A stretch of DNA of 64,000 bases from Steroidobacteraceae bacterium (GTDB lineage: Bacteria > Pseudomonadota > Gammaproteobacteria > Steroidobacterales > Steroidobacteraceae). Each line of letters starts with the position of its first letter. The first letter of the stretch is position 1. The notes below the pieces were generated by a model. The model was not told the origin of the DNA, did no database searches, and worked only from the letters and a program-made list of their open reading frames with translations. Position numbers and translations under genes: made by a program. Positions 30,595-38,691 of the stretch are shown here, piece by piece. The stretch covers positions 56 to 64,055 of the forward strand of contig DAIMYL010000001.1 in the NCBI GenBank assembly GCA_036734505.1, in the 5' to 3' direction.

Positions 30595-31854
30595 TCAGTG
30601 CGCGACGGCCGCGGCGGCGGCCTCGTCGATGAGATGCCCTTCCCGGAAGCGTTCCAGCGTGAAGGGCGCGTTGATGGGATGCGGTTCGTCGTGCGCCAGC
30701 GTCCAGGCGAACACATGCGCGGAGCCCGGCGTCGCCTTGAAGCCGCCCGTGCCCCATCCGCAGTTCACATAGAGCCCCGGCACCGGCGTCTTGCCGATGA
30801 TCGGCGAGCGGTCGGGGGTGACATCGACGATGCCGCCCCAGTTGCGCAGCATCCGCATGCGGCGGAACATCGGGAAGAGCTCGCAGATCGCCTCGAGCGT
30901 GTGCATGTTCACATGCAGCGCGCCGCGCTGCGTGTACGAGGTGTAGGCGGCGGTGCCGGCGCCGATCACGAGCTCGCCCTTGTCGGACTGGCTGATGTAG
31001 GCGTGGATGCCGTTCGACATCACGACGCAGGGGAACACGGGCTTGATGGGCTCGGAGACGAGCGCCTGCAGCGGGAAGCTCTCGAGCGGCACCCTGACAC
31101 CGGCCATGCCGAGCACGACGCTGGTGTTGCCGGCCGCCACCACGCCCACCTTGCGCGTACGGATGACGCCGCGCGAGGTCTCGAGCGCCTCGACCGCGCC
31201 GCCGGCATCGCGGCGGATGCCGGTGACCTCGCAGTTCTCGATGATGTCGACGCCGAGCGCGTCGGCCGCCCGCGCATAGCCCCAGGCGACGGCGTCGTGG
31301 CGCGCGGTGCCGCCGCGGCGCTGCAGCGCGGCGCCGAGCACCGGGTAGCGCAGACCCGGATCGATGTTGAGGGGCGGGCAGTAGGCCTTGGCCTCTTCCG
31401 GGGTCAGCCACTCGTTGTCGACGCCGTTGCAGCGGTTGGCGTGGATATGGCGCTGCGCCACCTGCACATCATGGACGGTGTGCGCGAGCATCATCACGCC
31501 GCGCGGCGAGAACATGACGTTGTAGTTGAGCGTCTGCGAGAGGTCCTCCCACATCTTGACCGAGTGGTCGTAGAGGCGGGCGCTCTCGTCGAAGAGGTAG
31601 TTCGAGCGGATGATGGTGGTGTTGCGGCCGGTGTTGCCGCCGCCGATCCAGCCCTTCTCGACGACCGCGATGCGCGTCAGGCCGTGCTCGGCGGCGAGGT
31701 AGTAGGCGGTGCCCAGACCGTGCCCGCCGCCGCCGATGATCACGGCGTCGTACTCGGCCTTCGGTTCGGCACGGCGCCACTGCTCGCGCCAGCCGCGATG
31801 CTTGCCGAGGCTCTGCCAGAGCAGCGAAAGGCCTGAGAAACGCTGGCGTGCCAT
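30595..31854 (-). CDS. soxB: Sarcosine oxidase beta subunit (FAD/FMN)
   Basis: YDAVIIGGGGHGLGTAYYLA dinucleotide motif, with SoxB-like sequence throughout. 419 aa. Confidence 0.92.
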   Translation of the reverse strand: MARQRFSGLSLLWQSLGKHRGWREQWRRAEPKAEYDAVIIGGGGHGLGTAYYLAAEHGLTRIAVVEKGWIGGGNTGRNTTIIRSNYLFDESARLYDHSVKMWEDLSQTLNYNVMFSPRGVMMLAHTVHDVQVAQRHIHANRCNGVDNEWLTPEEAKAYCPPLNIDPGLRYPVLGAALQRRGGTARHDAVAWGYARAADALGVDIIENCEVTGIRRDAGGAVEALETSRGVIRTRKVGVVAAGNTSVVLGMAGVRVPLESFPLQALVSEPIKPVFPCVVMSNGIHAYISQSDKGELVIGAGTAAYTSYTQRGALHVNMHTLEAICELFPMFRRMRMLRNWGGIVDVTPDRSPIIGKTPVPGLYVNCGWGTGGFKATPGSAHVFAWTLAHDEPHPINAPFTLERFREGHLIDEAAAAAVAH

Positions 31855-31866
31855 CGTCGCTCCGCG

Positions 31867-34326
31867 TCAGGCGCGCAGGTCGGCGTTGGTCGGGTCGTAG
31901 GGCGACGCGACCACCACCGTGGCGCGCTTGCGCTCGCCCAGGATCTCGATCGAGAGCTCGGTGCCGACCTCGGCGAACTCCGGCTTGATGTAGCCGATGG
32001 CGAGGCTCTTCCGCAGCACATGGCCGTAGTAGCCGGCCGTCGCGCGGCCGACCATGCGGCCGTCGGCGGCGAACAGCGGCTCGTTGCCGAGGGGGTCGGC
32101 ATCGGTGACGCCGTGCACCTCGAGCGTGATGAAGCGGTGCGGGACGCCCTCGGCGAGCTGCTTCTCGAGCGCCGCCTTGCCGATGAAGTCTCCCTTGTTC
32201 ATGCGCACGAACCGGTCGAGGCTGGCCTCGAAAGGCGTGTAGTCGCGCGTGAGGTCGCTGCCCCACATGCGGTACGACTTCTCCATGCGCAGCGACTCCA
32301 TGGCGCGCATGCCGGCCATGCCGATGCCGAACTCCTCGCCCGCCTTGAAGAGCGCCTCGAAGAGGTGATGCGCGTACTCGATCGGGAAGTGCAGCTCCCA
32401 GCCCAGGGCGCCGACGAAGTTGACGCGCAGCATGTAGACATCGGTCGCCATGCCGACCTCGCCGATCTGGCCGGTGAGCCAGGGGAAGGACGCGTTGTCG
32501 AGCGGCGTATCGGTGAGCTTGGCGAGCACATCGCGCGCACGCGGGCCCGCGAGCACGAAGCAGCCGCGCTGCATGGTGATGTTGCTGAGCTGCACCGAGC
32601 CGTCCGCCGGCAGGTGCTTCTGCAGGTAGTCGGCGTCGTAGCGTTCGGCGGCGCCGGCGCTCACCACATAGAACTCGTCGGGGCCGAGCTTGGTGATGGT
32701 GAACTCGCTGCGGATGCCGCCGCGCTTGGTGAGCGCGTGGCAGAGCGCCATGCGGCCGACCTTGACCGGCACCTTGTTGGCGACGAGGTGGTCGAGCCAT
32801 GCCTCCGCGCCCGGGCCGCGCACGATGTGCTTGGTGAAGGGGGTGAGGTCGATGACGCCGACCGCGCCCCGCAGGCGACGGCATTCGTTCCCGACATGCT
32901 CGAAGTAGTTGCTGCGGCGGAAGCTCCACTTGTCGCGCGGCTCGACGCCCGGCGGCGCGAACCAGTTGGCGCGCTCCCAGCCGTAGCGCTGGCCGAACAC
33001 CGCGCCCATGCCCTTCAGCTTCTCGTAGATGGGACTGGTCTTCAGCGGACGCGCATCCTCGCGCTCCTCGTCCGGGTAGTGCACGGTGAAGACGTTGCGG
33101 TAGGTCTCCTCGTTCTTGGCGACCACGAAACGCTTGCTGGTGTACGGGCCGTAGCGGCGCGGATCCACGGCCAGCATGTCGATGCCGGGCTCGCCCTCGA
33201 CGATCCACTCGGCGATCTGCCAGCCGGAGCCGCCCGCGGCGGTGATGCCGAAGCTGTGGCCCTCGTTCAGCCAAAGATTGCGTACGCCCCAGGCCGGGCC
33301 GATGAGCGGGCTGCCGTCCGGCGTGTAGGAGATGGGGCCGTTGACGATGTCCTTGATGCCGCAGTGTTCGAGCGCCGGGACACGGCGCTGCGCCGCCTCG
33401 ACATGCGGCAGCAGACGGTCGAGATCGCCCTCGAACAGGTCCTTGCCGAACCACTCGGGCACGCCGTCGGCGAAGCGCGCCGGCGCACCGGCCTCGTAGG
33501 GGCCGAGGATCCAGCCCATGCGCTCCTCGCGCAGATAGTAGGACTGGTCGGACTCGCGCAGCACCGCGAGCTCGCGGCCGCCGGCGGCGCGGTAGGCCTT
33601 CAGCTCCGGCGACTCTTCGTAGACGATGTACTGGTGCTCGACCGGTATGGCGGGCACGTTGATGCCGAACATGCGACCGGTCTGGCGCGCGTAGTTGCCG
33701 GTGGCGCAGACCACATGCTCGGCGATGATCTCACCCTTGTTGGTCTGCAGGCGCCACTCGCCCGACGGCGTACGGCTGACGCCGGTGACCTCGGTCTGCT
33801 CGTGGATCTCGGCGCCGCGGGCGCGGGCGCCCTTGCGCAGCGCCATCGTGAGGTCCGCCGGTGCGATGTGGCCGTCGTCGGGGTGGTAGAGGGCGCCGAC
33901 GATGGGCGGCGTGCCGTCCTTGCCGCCGAGTTCGACCAGCGGCCAGAGCTTCTTGACCTCGTCCGGGCCGATCACCTGGAAGGGCACGCCGATGGTGTTG
34001 GCCGTGCCGCAGTACTTCAGGTATTCGTCCATGCGATCGCGGTTGGTCGCGAGGCGCAGGTTGCCGGTGACATGGAAGCTGACATCCTGACCGGTCTCGG
34101 CGGGCAGCCGCTTGTAGAGGTCGACCGAATACTTGTGCAGCTGGCCGACCGTGTAGCTCATGTTGAAGAGCGGCAGCAGGCCTGCGGCGTGCCAGGTCGA
34201 ACCGGCGGTGAGCTCCGAGCGCTCGAGCAGCACGACATCCGACCAACCCTTCAGGGCGAGGTGATAGAGGGTGCTGACGCCGACCGCGCCGCCGCCGATG
34301 ACCACGACTCTGGCATGTGTTTTCAT
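31867..34326 (-). CDS. Dimethylglycine dehydrogenase-type flavoprotein (DAO domain + GcvT aminomethyltransferase domain)
   Basis: The internal ATG at 34326 gives MKTHARVVVIGGGAVGVSTLYHLA. GSTWHAAGL is the covalent-FAD His context. The C-terminal half is GcvT-like. About 819 aa. Confidence 0.88.
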   Translation of the reverse strand: MKTHARVVVIGGGAVGVSTLYHLALKGWSDVVLLERSELTAGSTWHAAGLLPLFNMSYTVGQLHKYSVDLYKRLPAETGQDVSFHVTGNLRLATNRDRMDEYLKYCGTANTIGVPFQVIGPDEVKKLWPLVELGGKDGTPPIVGALYHPDDGHIAPADLTMALRKGARARGAEIHEQTEVTGVSRTPSGEWRLQTNKGEIIAEHVVCATGNYARQTGRMFGINVPAIPVEHQYIVYEESPELKAYRAAGGRELAVLRESDQSYYLREERMGWILGPYEAGAPARFADGVPEWFGKDLFEGDLDRLLPHVEAAQRRVPALEHCGIKDIVNGPISYTPDGSPLIGPAWGVRNLWLNEGHSFGITAAGGSGWQIAEWIVEGEPGIDMLAVDPRRYGPYTSKRFVVAKNEETYRNVFTVHYPDEEREDARPLKTSPIYEKLKGMGAVFGQRYGWERANWFAPPGVEPRDKWSFRRSNYFEHVGNECRRLRGAVGVIDLTPFTKHIVRGPGAEAWLDHLVANKVPVKVGRMALCHALTKRGGIRSEFTITKLGPDEFYVVSAGAAERYDADYLQKHLPADGSVQLSNITMQRGCFVLAGPRARDVLAKLTDTPLDNASFPWLTGQIGEVGMATDVYMLRVNFVGALGWELHFPIEYAHHLFEALFKAGEEFGIGMAGMRAMESLRMEKSYRMWGSDLTRDYTPFEASLDRFVRMNKGDFIGKAALEKQLAEGVPHRFITLEVHGVTDADPLGNEPLFAADGRMVGRATAGYYGHVLRKSLAIGYIKPEFAEVGTELSIEILGERKRATVVVASPYDPTNADLRA

Positions 34327-34343
34327 CCGACGAGTGTAGCCGG

Positions 34344-34399
34344 GGACATCCGGGCGACCAATCCAAATGCGACGATGGGATGTCCGAATTGGACATCCC
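34344..34399. promoter_or_regulatory. Cluster of three GGACATCC/GGATGTCC motifs, including a perfect 9-bp inverted repeat. Candidate operator in the dmgdh / regulator divergent region.
   Basis: GGACATCC at 34344-34351. GGGATGTCC-GAATT-GGACATCCC at 34377-34399. The cluster lies between the dmgdh start (34326) and the regulator coding region. Confidence 0.4.
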
Positions 34400-35385
34400 G
34401 GCCGGACGGCTCCTATACTCCCGCCGCCGTGGAAACCCCGCTCAAGCGCACCTACGCGTTCCTGACGCTCCCGAACTATTCGTTGATCGCGCTCGCCAAC
34501 GCCATCGAACCGCTGCGCATGGCGAACCGGGTCGCCAACCGCAAGCTGTACGAGTGGCAGATCGTCTCGCTCAAGGGCGACCCGGTGGTCGCGAGCTGCG
34601 GCACCCAGATGACGCCGACCGTGGCGCTCGCCGACGCCGCCAAGGCCGACATCCTGTTCGTCTGCGGCGGCATCGATGTGCGCGACACCGTGTCGGCGCA
34701 GCTCGCGAAGGCGTTGCGGCGCCGGGCCGAGTCGGGCGGGGCGCTGGGCGCGCTCTGCACCGGCGGTTATGTGCTCGCCCGCGCCGGGCTCCTCAACCGC
34801 TACCGCGCCACCATCCACTGGGAGAACGTGCACGCGCTGCGCGAGGAGTTCCCGCTGGTGGAGCTCACGCCGCAGCTGTTCACCATCGACCGCGACCGCT
34901 ACACCTGTTCGGGCGGCACCGCGCCGCTCGACCTGATGTTGAACCTCATCGACCGGCAGCACGGGCGGCACATCTCGCACCAGGTCTCCGAGCAGTTCGT
35001 CATCGCGCGCGTGCGCGACGACCATGACAACCAGTATGTGCCGCTGCGCGCCCAGCTCGGTTTCACGCACCGCAGCCTGATCAAGGTCGCGCAGCTCATG
35101 GAAGAGAACATCGAGAGGCCGCTGTCGCTCGACGCCATCGCGCGCGAGACGGGGCTCTCCCGTCGGCAGATCGAACGGCTGTTCCAGCGTTATCTCAACT
35201 GCGTGCCGAAGCGGTACTACATGGAGATCCGGCTGCGTCGGGCCCGCGAACTGCTGCTGCAGACGGCGATGCCGATCATGGAGGTGACGGCCTCCTGCGG
35301 CTTCCAGTCGCCGCCGCATTTCTCCCGCTGCTACAGGCAGCACTTCGGTCGGCCGCCGAGCGCGGAAAGGCGTCGTCCGGCGTAG
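34375..35385 (+). CDS. GlxA/GbdR-like AraC-family transcriptional regulator (DJ-1/PfpI-like sensor domain + AraC HTH)
   Basis: YAFLTLPNYSLIALANAIEPLRMAN...ICGG...ATIHWEN is the amidotransferase-like domain. The C-terminal AraC HTH is ...IARETGLSRRQIERLFQ...FQSPPHFSRCYRQHFGRPPS. The start is uncertain: either the ATG at 34375 (inside the palindrome) or the in-frame GTG at 34429. Confidence 0.8.
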   Translation: MGCPNWTSRPDGSYTPAAVETPLKRTYAFLTLPNYSLIALANAIEPLRMANRVANRKLYEWQIVSLKGDPVVASCGTQMTPTVALADAAKADILFVCGGIDVRDTVSAQLAKALRRRAESGGALGALCTGGYVLARAGLLNRYRATIHWENVHALREEFPLVELTPQLFTIDRDRYTCSGGTAPLDLMLNLIDRQHGRHISHQVSEQFVIARVRDDHDNQYVPLRAQLGFTHRSLIKVAQLMEENIERPLSLDAIARETGLSRRQIERLFQRYLNCVPKRYYMEIRLRRARELLLQTAMPIMEVTASCGFQSPPHFSRCYRQHFGRPPSAERRRPA

Positions 35386-35493
35386 TTCCGGCCGATGTCG
35401 TGCTCGGGCAAATAGCCGTCGCTAAATGTAAAGTCCCCGGCAGGGGTCACGCTTACCATCCGCCTCAATCAACGGGGCTCCACGAGGGCTGAG

Positions 35494-36198
35494 ATGTCTG
35501 ACGCACAAGGCGATTTCGATCTGCGGACGTTGGCCGACGACGAGCTGGTCGAGCAGGTGCACGACGACCTCTACAACGGCATGAAGCCGGAGGTGGAGGA
35601 GGCGACCCGCATCTTCTTGGAGCGGGGCTGGGGCCCGGACAAGGTCCTCAACGACGCGCTCGTCGAGGGGATGCGCATCGTCGGCATCGACTTCCGCGAC
35701 GGCATCCTGTTCGTGCCCGAGGTGCTGCTCGCCGCCAACGCCATGAAGGGCGGCATGGAGATCCTGCGGCCGCTCCTCGCCGAGACCGGCGCCGAGCCCA
35801 TCGGCAAGGTGGTCATCGGCACCGTCAAGGGCGACATCCACGACATCGGCAAGAACCTCGTGGCGATGATGCTCGAGGGCGCCGGTTTCGAGGTCATCGA
35901 CATCGGCATCAACAACCCGGTCGAGAAGTACCTCGAGGCGCTCGAGCAGCACAAGCCGGACATCCTCGGCATGTCGGCGCTGCTCACGACCACCATGCCC
36001 TACATGAAGGTCGTCATCGACACGCTCAAGCAGAAGAACCTGCGCGACGACTACATCGTGCTGGTCGGCGGTGCGCCGCTCAACGAGGAGTTCGGCAAGG
36101 CCGTCGGCGCCGATGCCTACTGCCGTGACGCCGCCGTCGCCGTGGAGACCGCCAAGTCGCTGATCGCGGCGAAGCGCGCTGCCGCGCGCGCCCACTAA
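35494..36198 (+). CDS. Cobalamin-binding corrinoid protein (B12-binding cap + Rossmann domain, MtaC/MttC/MetH-B12-domain type)
   Basis: D-x-H-x-x-G motif in GTVKGDIHDIGKNLV, an S-x-L motif (MSALLTTT) and a GG motif (VLVGGAPL). 234 aa. GAGGG lies upstream of the ATG. Confidence 0.9.
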   Translation: MSDAQGDFDLRTLADDELVEQVHDDLYNGMKPEVEEATRIFLERGWGPDKVLNDALVEGMRIVGIDFRDGILFVPEVLLAANAMKGGMEILRPLLAETGAEPIGKVVIGTVKGDIHDIGKNLVAMMLEGAGFEVIDIGINNPVEKYLEALEQHKPDILGMSALLTTTMPYMKVVIDTLKQKNLRDDYIVLVGGAPLNEEFGKAVGADAYCRDAAVAVETAKSLIAAKRAAARAH

Positions 36199-36208
36199 GC
36201 GTCCGCGC

Positions 36209-36850
36209 GTGGCCCGGGACGGCCGCCAGCTCGTGATCGCTTGCGGCGCGCTCGCCCACGAGATCGCGGCGCTGCGCAGCGCATACCGCTGGCTGACGCT
36301 CGACGTCCACTGCCTGCCGCCGGAACTGCACAACCGCCCGGAGCGCATCGCACCGGCGGTCCGCGAGGCGATCGTCACGCACCGCGCGGATTACGACGAC
36401 ATCTTCGTCGCCTACGCCGATTGCGGCACCACGGGCGCGCTCGATGAAGTGCTGCACGAGACGGGCGTCGAGCGCATCGAAGGCGTGCACTGCTACCAGT
36501 TCTTCGCCGGTCCCGAGACCTTCGCGGAGCTCTCGGACGCCGAGCCCGGCAGTTTTTTCCTCACCGACTTCCTGGTGCGGCATTTCGACCGTCTGGTGTT
36601 CCGCGGCCTCGGCCTGGACCGCCATCCGGAGCTGCAGCCCCAGTATTTCGGCAACTACCGTCGCCTCGTCTATCTCGGTCAGCGTCCGGACGCCGACAGC
36701 GCGGCTGCCGCCGCAGCGATCGCGCGGCGGCTCGGTCTCGAGTACCACTTCCGTCACACCGGTTATGGCGGACTGGAATCGAGCCTGCGGCGGTTCGTCG
36801 CCAAGCCGTCTTCCGCCACGCCCATCGTCGTACAGGAGTCACCGCACTGA
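36209..36850 (+). CDS. DUF1638-family protein, unknown function
   Basis: GTG start 10 nt after the corrinoid protein stop. The sequence LVIACGALAHEI...VAYADCGTTGALD...HCYQFF... resembles DUF1638 proteins, which accompany corrinoid methyltransferase genes. This is recognised from memory of the family and not searched. Confidence 0.7.
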   Translation: MARDGRQLVIACGALAHEIAALRSAYRWLTLDVHCLPPELHNRPERIAPAVREAIVTHRADYDDIFVAYADCGTTGALDEVLHETGVERIEGVHCYQFFAGPETFAELSDAEPGSFFLTDFLVRHFDRLVFRGLGLDRHPELQPQYFGNYRRLVYLGQRPDADSAAAAAAIARRLGLEYHFRHTGYGGLESSLRRFVAKPSSATPIVVQESPH

Positions 36851-37194
36851 TGGCCAGCCTGATCATCATCTCTTGGCGCGACATCCCGTCGCAGGTCGTG
36901 GTCAAGCGCGGCCGCGAGACCTCGAAGATCATGCTGTCCGCGCGCTTCCAGGAAGCCGTCGACCGTGCCGCGATGCGCGCAGGCAAGGGCAGCTCCGATG
37001 CCTACATCGCCGAGTGGACCCGCAGCGCGCCCACGCCCTGCGGCGAGGACCTGCAGGCCGAGGCCGCGGCGGCGGCAGCCGCCATCGAGGCGCGCTACAG
37101 CGACGAGGACCTCGACCGCTTGATCCGTGCCAAGGGCCTCGCGGCACCGCCCGCGGCGTCCGATGCCGCGCCGCCGACGGTCCCCGGCGTCTGA
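36850..37194 (+). CDS. Small 'Virulence_fact'-family-like protein, unknown function
   Basis: A 114-aa ORF whose start overlaps the upstream stop (TGATG). The N-terminus LIIISWRDIPSQVVVKRG... resembles the misnamed Pfam Virulence_fact family often found beside MTHFR-like genes. The C-terminal half is an Ala-rich low-complexity region. Confidence 0.55.
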   Translation: MASLIIISWRDIPSQVVVKRGRETSKIMLSARFQEAVDRAAMRAGKGSSDAYIAEWTRSAPTPCGEDLQAEAAAAAAAIEARYSDEDLDRLIRAKGLAAPPAASDAAPPTVPGV

Positions 37195-37195
37195 C

Positions 37196-37660
37196 ATGTA
37201 CCGCGTACGCCTCTGGTCGGTGCGGCATGCGCGCGGTCTGAACCGCGTGTACCGCCTGCTGGAGGACATCCTGGCCGCGCTGCGTCCTTTGATGCGGCGG
37301 ATCGGCGATGAGCGCCTCGAGCGGCCGATGGCGATGCTCGAGCGCGGCACCAAGGGCCTCCTGTTCGACTGCAAGATGTGCGGTCAGTGCGTGCTGAGCT
37401 CCACCGGCATGTCCTGTCCCATGAACTGCCCCAAGCAGCTGCGCAACGGTCCCTGCGGCGGCGTGCGCGCCGACGGCAACTGCGAGGTGCTGCCCGACAT
37501 GAAGTGCGTGTGGGTGGCCGCCTGGGAAGGCAGCCAGCGCATCCCGGGGGGCGTCGAGTCGCTGCAGAAGGTGCAGTTCGCCGTCGACCGGCGCCTCGAA
37601 GGGCGTTCGTCGTGGCTGCGCGCGGTGCGGCAGCGCCTCGGCGAGGAGACGGCACGATGA
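37196..37660 (+). CDS. Methylenetetrahydrofolate reductase C-terminal-domain protein (MTHFR_C / MetV-like, Cys-rich)
   Basis: ATG 2 nt after the previous stop. The Cys cluster FDCKMCGQCVLSSTGMSCPMNCPKQLRNGPCGG...CEV...CVW is typical of the MetV-type zinc-ribbon/Fe-S partner of MetF. Confidence 0.8.
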   Translation: MYRVRLWSVRHARGLNRVYRLLEDILAALRPLMRRIGDERLERPMAMLERGTKGLLFDCKMCGQCVLSSTGMSCPMNCPKQLRNGPCGGVRADGNCEVLPDMKCVWVAAWEGSQRIPGGVESLQKVQFAVDRRLEGRSSWLRAVRQRLGEETAR

Positions 37661-38691
37661 GGTTCGGCGACGAACCCGCGCCGGGCGATCCGCTGCCTGT
37701 CCTGCCGGGGCATGTCTCGCCGGGCCGCTTCGAGCGCGTGCTGCGCGCCGGCGCCTTCGCGGTCACCGCGGAGCTCGCGCCGCCGGACTCGGCCAACGCC
37801 GAAGATGTGTACGCGCGGGCGCGCATCTTCGACGGCTATGTGGACGCCATCAACGCCACCGACGGCAGCGGCGCCAACTGCCACATGTCGAGCATGGGTG
37901 TCTGCTCGTTGCTGACCCGCGCGGGTTACGCACCGATCATGCAGATCTCCTGCCGCGACCGTAACCGCATCGGCATCCAGGGCGATATCCTGGGCGCGGC
38001 GGCGATGGGCGTCTGCAACATCCTGTGCCTCACGGGCGACGGCGTGCAGGCGGGTGACCATCCGCAGGCGAAGCCCGTGTTCGACCTCGACAGCCTGTCG
38101 CTGCTCGGCATCGCGCGCACCTTGCGCGACGAGCAGCGTTTCCAGAGCGGACGCAAGCTCACCACGGCGCCGCGGGTGTTCCTCGGCGCCGCCGAGAACC
38201 CTTCGGCTCTGCCGCACGACTGGCGGGCGATGCGTCTCCTGAAGAAGATCGAGGCCGGCGCGCAGTTCATCCAGACGCAGTACTGCTACGACATGCCGCT
38301 GTTGCGGGCGTTCCTGCAGCGCCTCGAGGACCTGGGCGGTCTGGACCGCGTCTTCCTGCTGATCGGCGTGGGCCCGCTGCGCTCCGCCAAGGCCGCCGAG
38401 TGGATGAGGCAGAACGTGCCCGGCATCCACATCCCCGATGCGCTCATCGAGCGTCTGCGCGGCGCGCAGGACGCGGCGCGCGAGGGACGCAACATCTGCA
38501 TCGAGCTCATCCAGGAGGCCCGGGCCATGAAGGGCGTGCACGGGGTGCATGTCATGGCCTACCGCCAGGAAGAGACGGTGGCGGAGATCATCGACCGCTC
38601 GGGCGTGCTCGCCGGGCGCGTCCCCTGGTACCCGGGTCGCGACAGCGTGCGCGCCCAAGACACGGACACTCAAGACAAGGTGGCATCATGA
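37657..38691 (+). CDS. Methylenetetrahydrofolate reductase (MetF family)
   Basis: ATGA overlap with the MetV-like gene. TIM-barrel MTHFR-like sequence (AVTAELAPP...DAINATDG...CRDRNRIGIQGDILGA...LCLTGD...QTQYCYD). Confidence 0.85.
   Translation: MRFGDEPAPGDPLPVLPGHVSPGRFERVLRAGAFAVTAELAPPDSANAEDVYARARIFDGYVDAINATDGSGANCHMSSMGVCSLLTRAGYAPIMQISCRDRNRIGIQGDILGAAAMGVCNILCLTGDGVQAGDHPQAKPVFDLDSLSLLGIARTLRDEQRFQSGRKLTTAPRVFLGAAENPSALPHDWRAMRLLKKIEAGAQFIQTQYCYDMPLLRAFLQRLEDLGGLDRVFLLIGVGPLRSAKAAEWMRQNVPGIHIPDALIERLRGAQDAAREGRNICIELIQEARAMKGVHGVHVMAYRQEETVAEIIDRSGVLAGRVPWYPGRDSVRAQDTDTQDKVAS

Noticed and set aside
35386-35493. A possible cobalamin riboswitch upstream of the corrinoid protein gene.
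   Set aside because: At 108 bp the region is too short. I could not find a B12-box-like sequence. Only a small CCCC-GGCA-GGGG hairpin is present.
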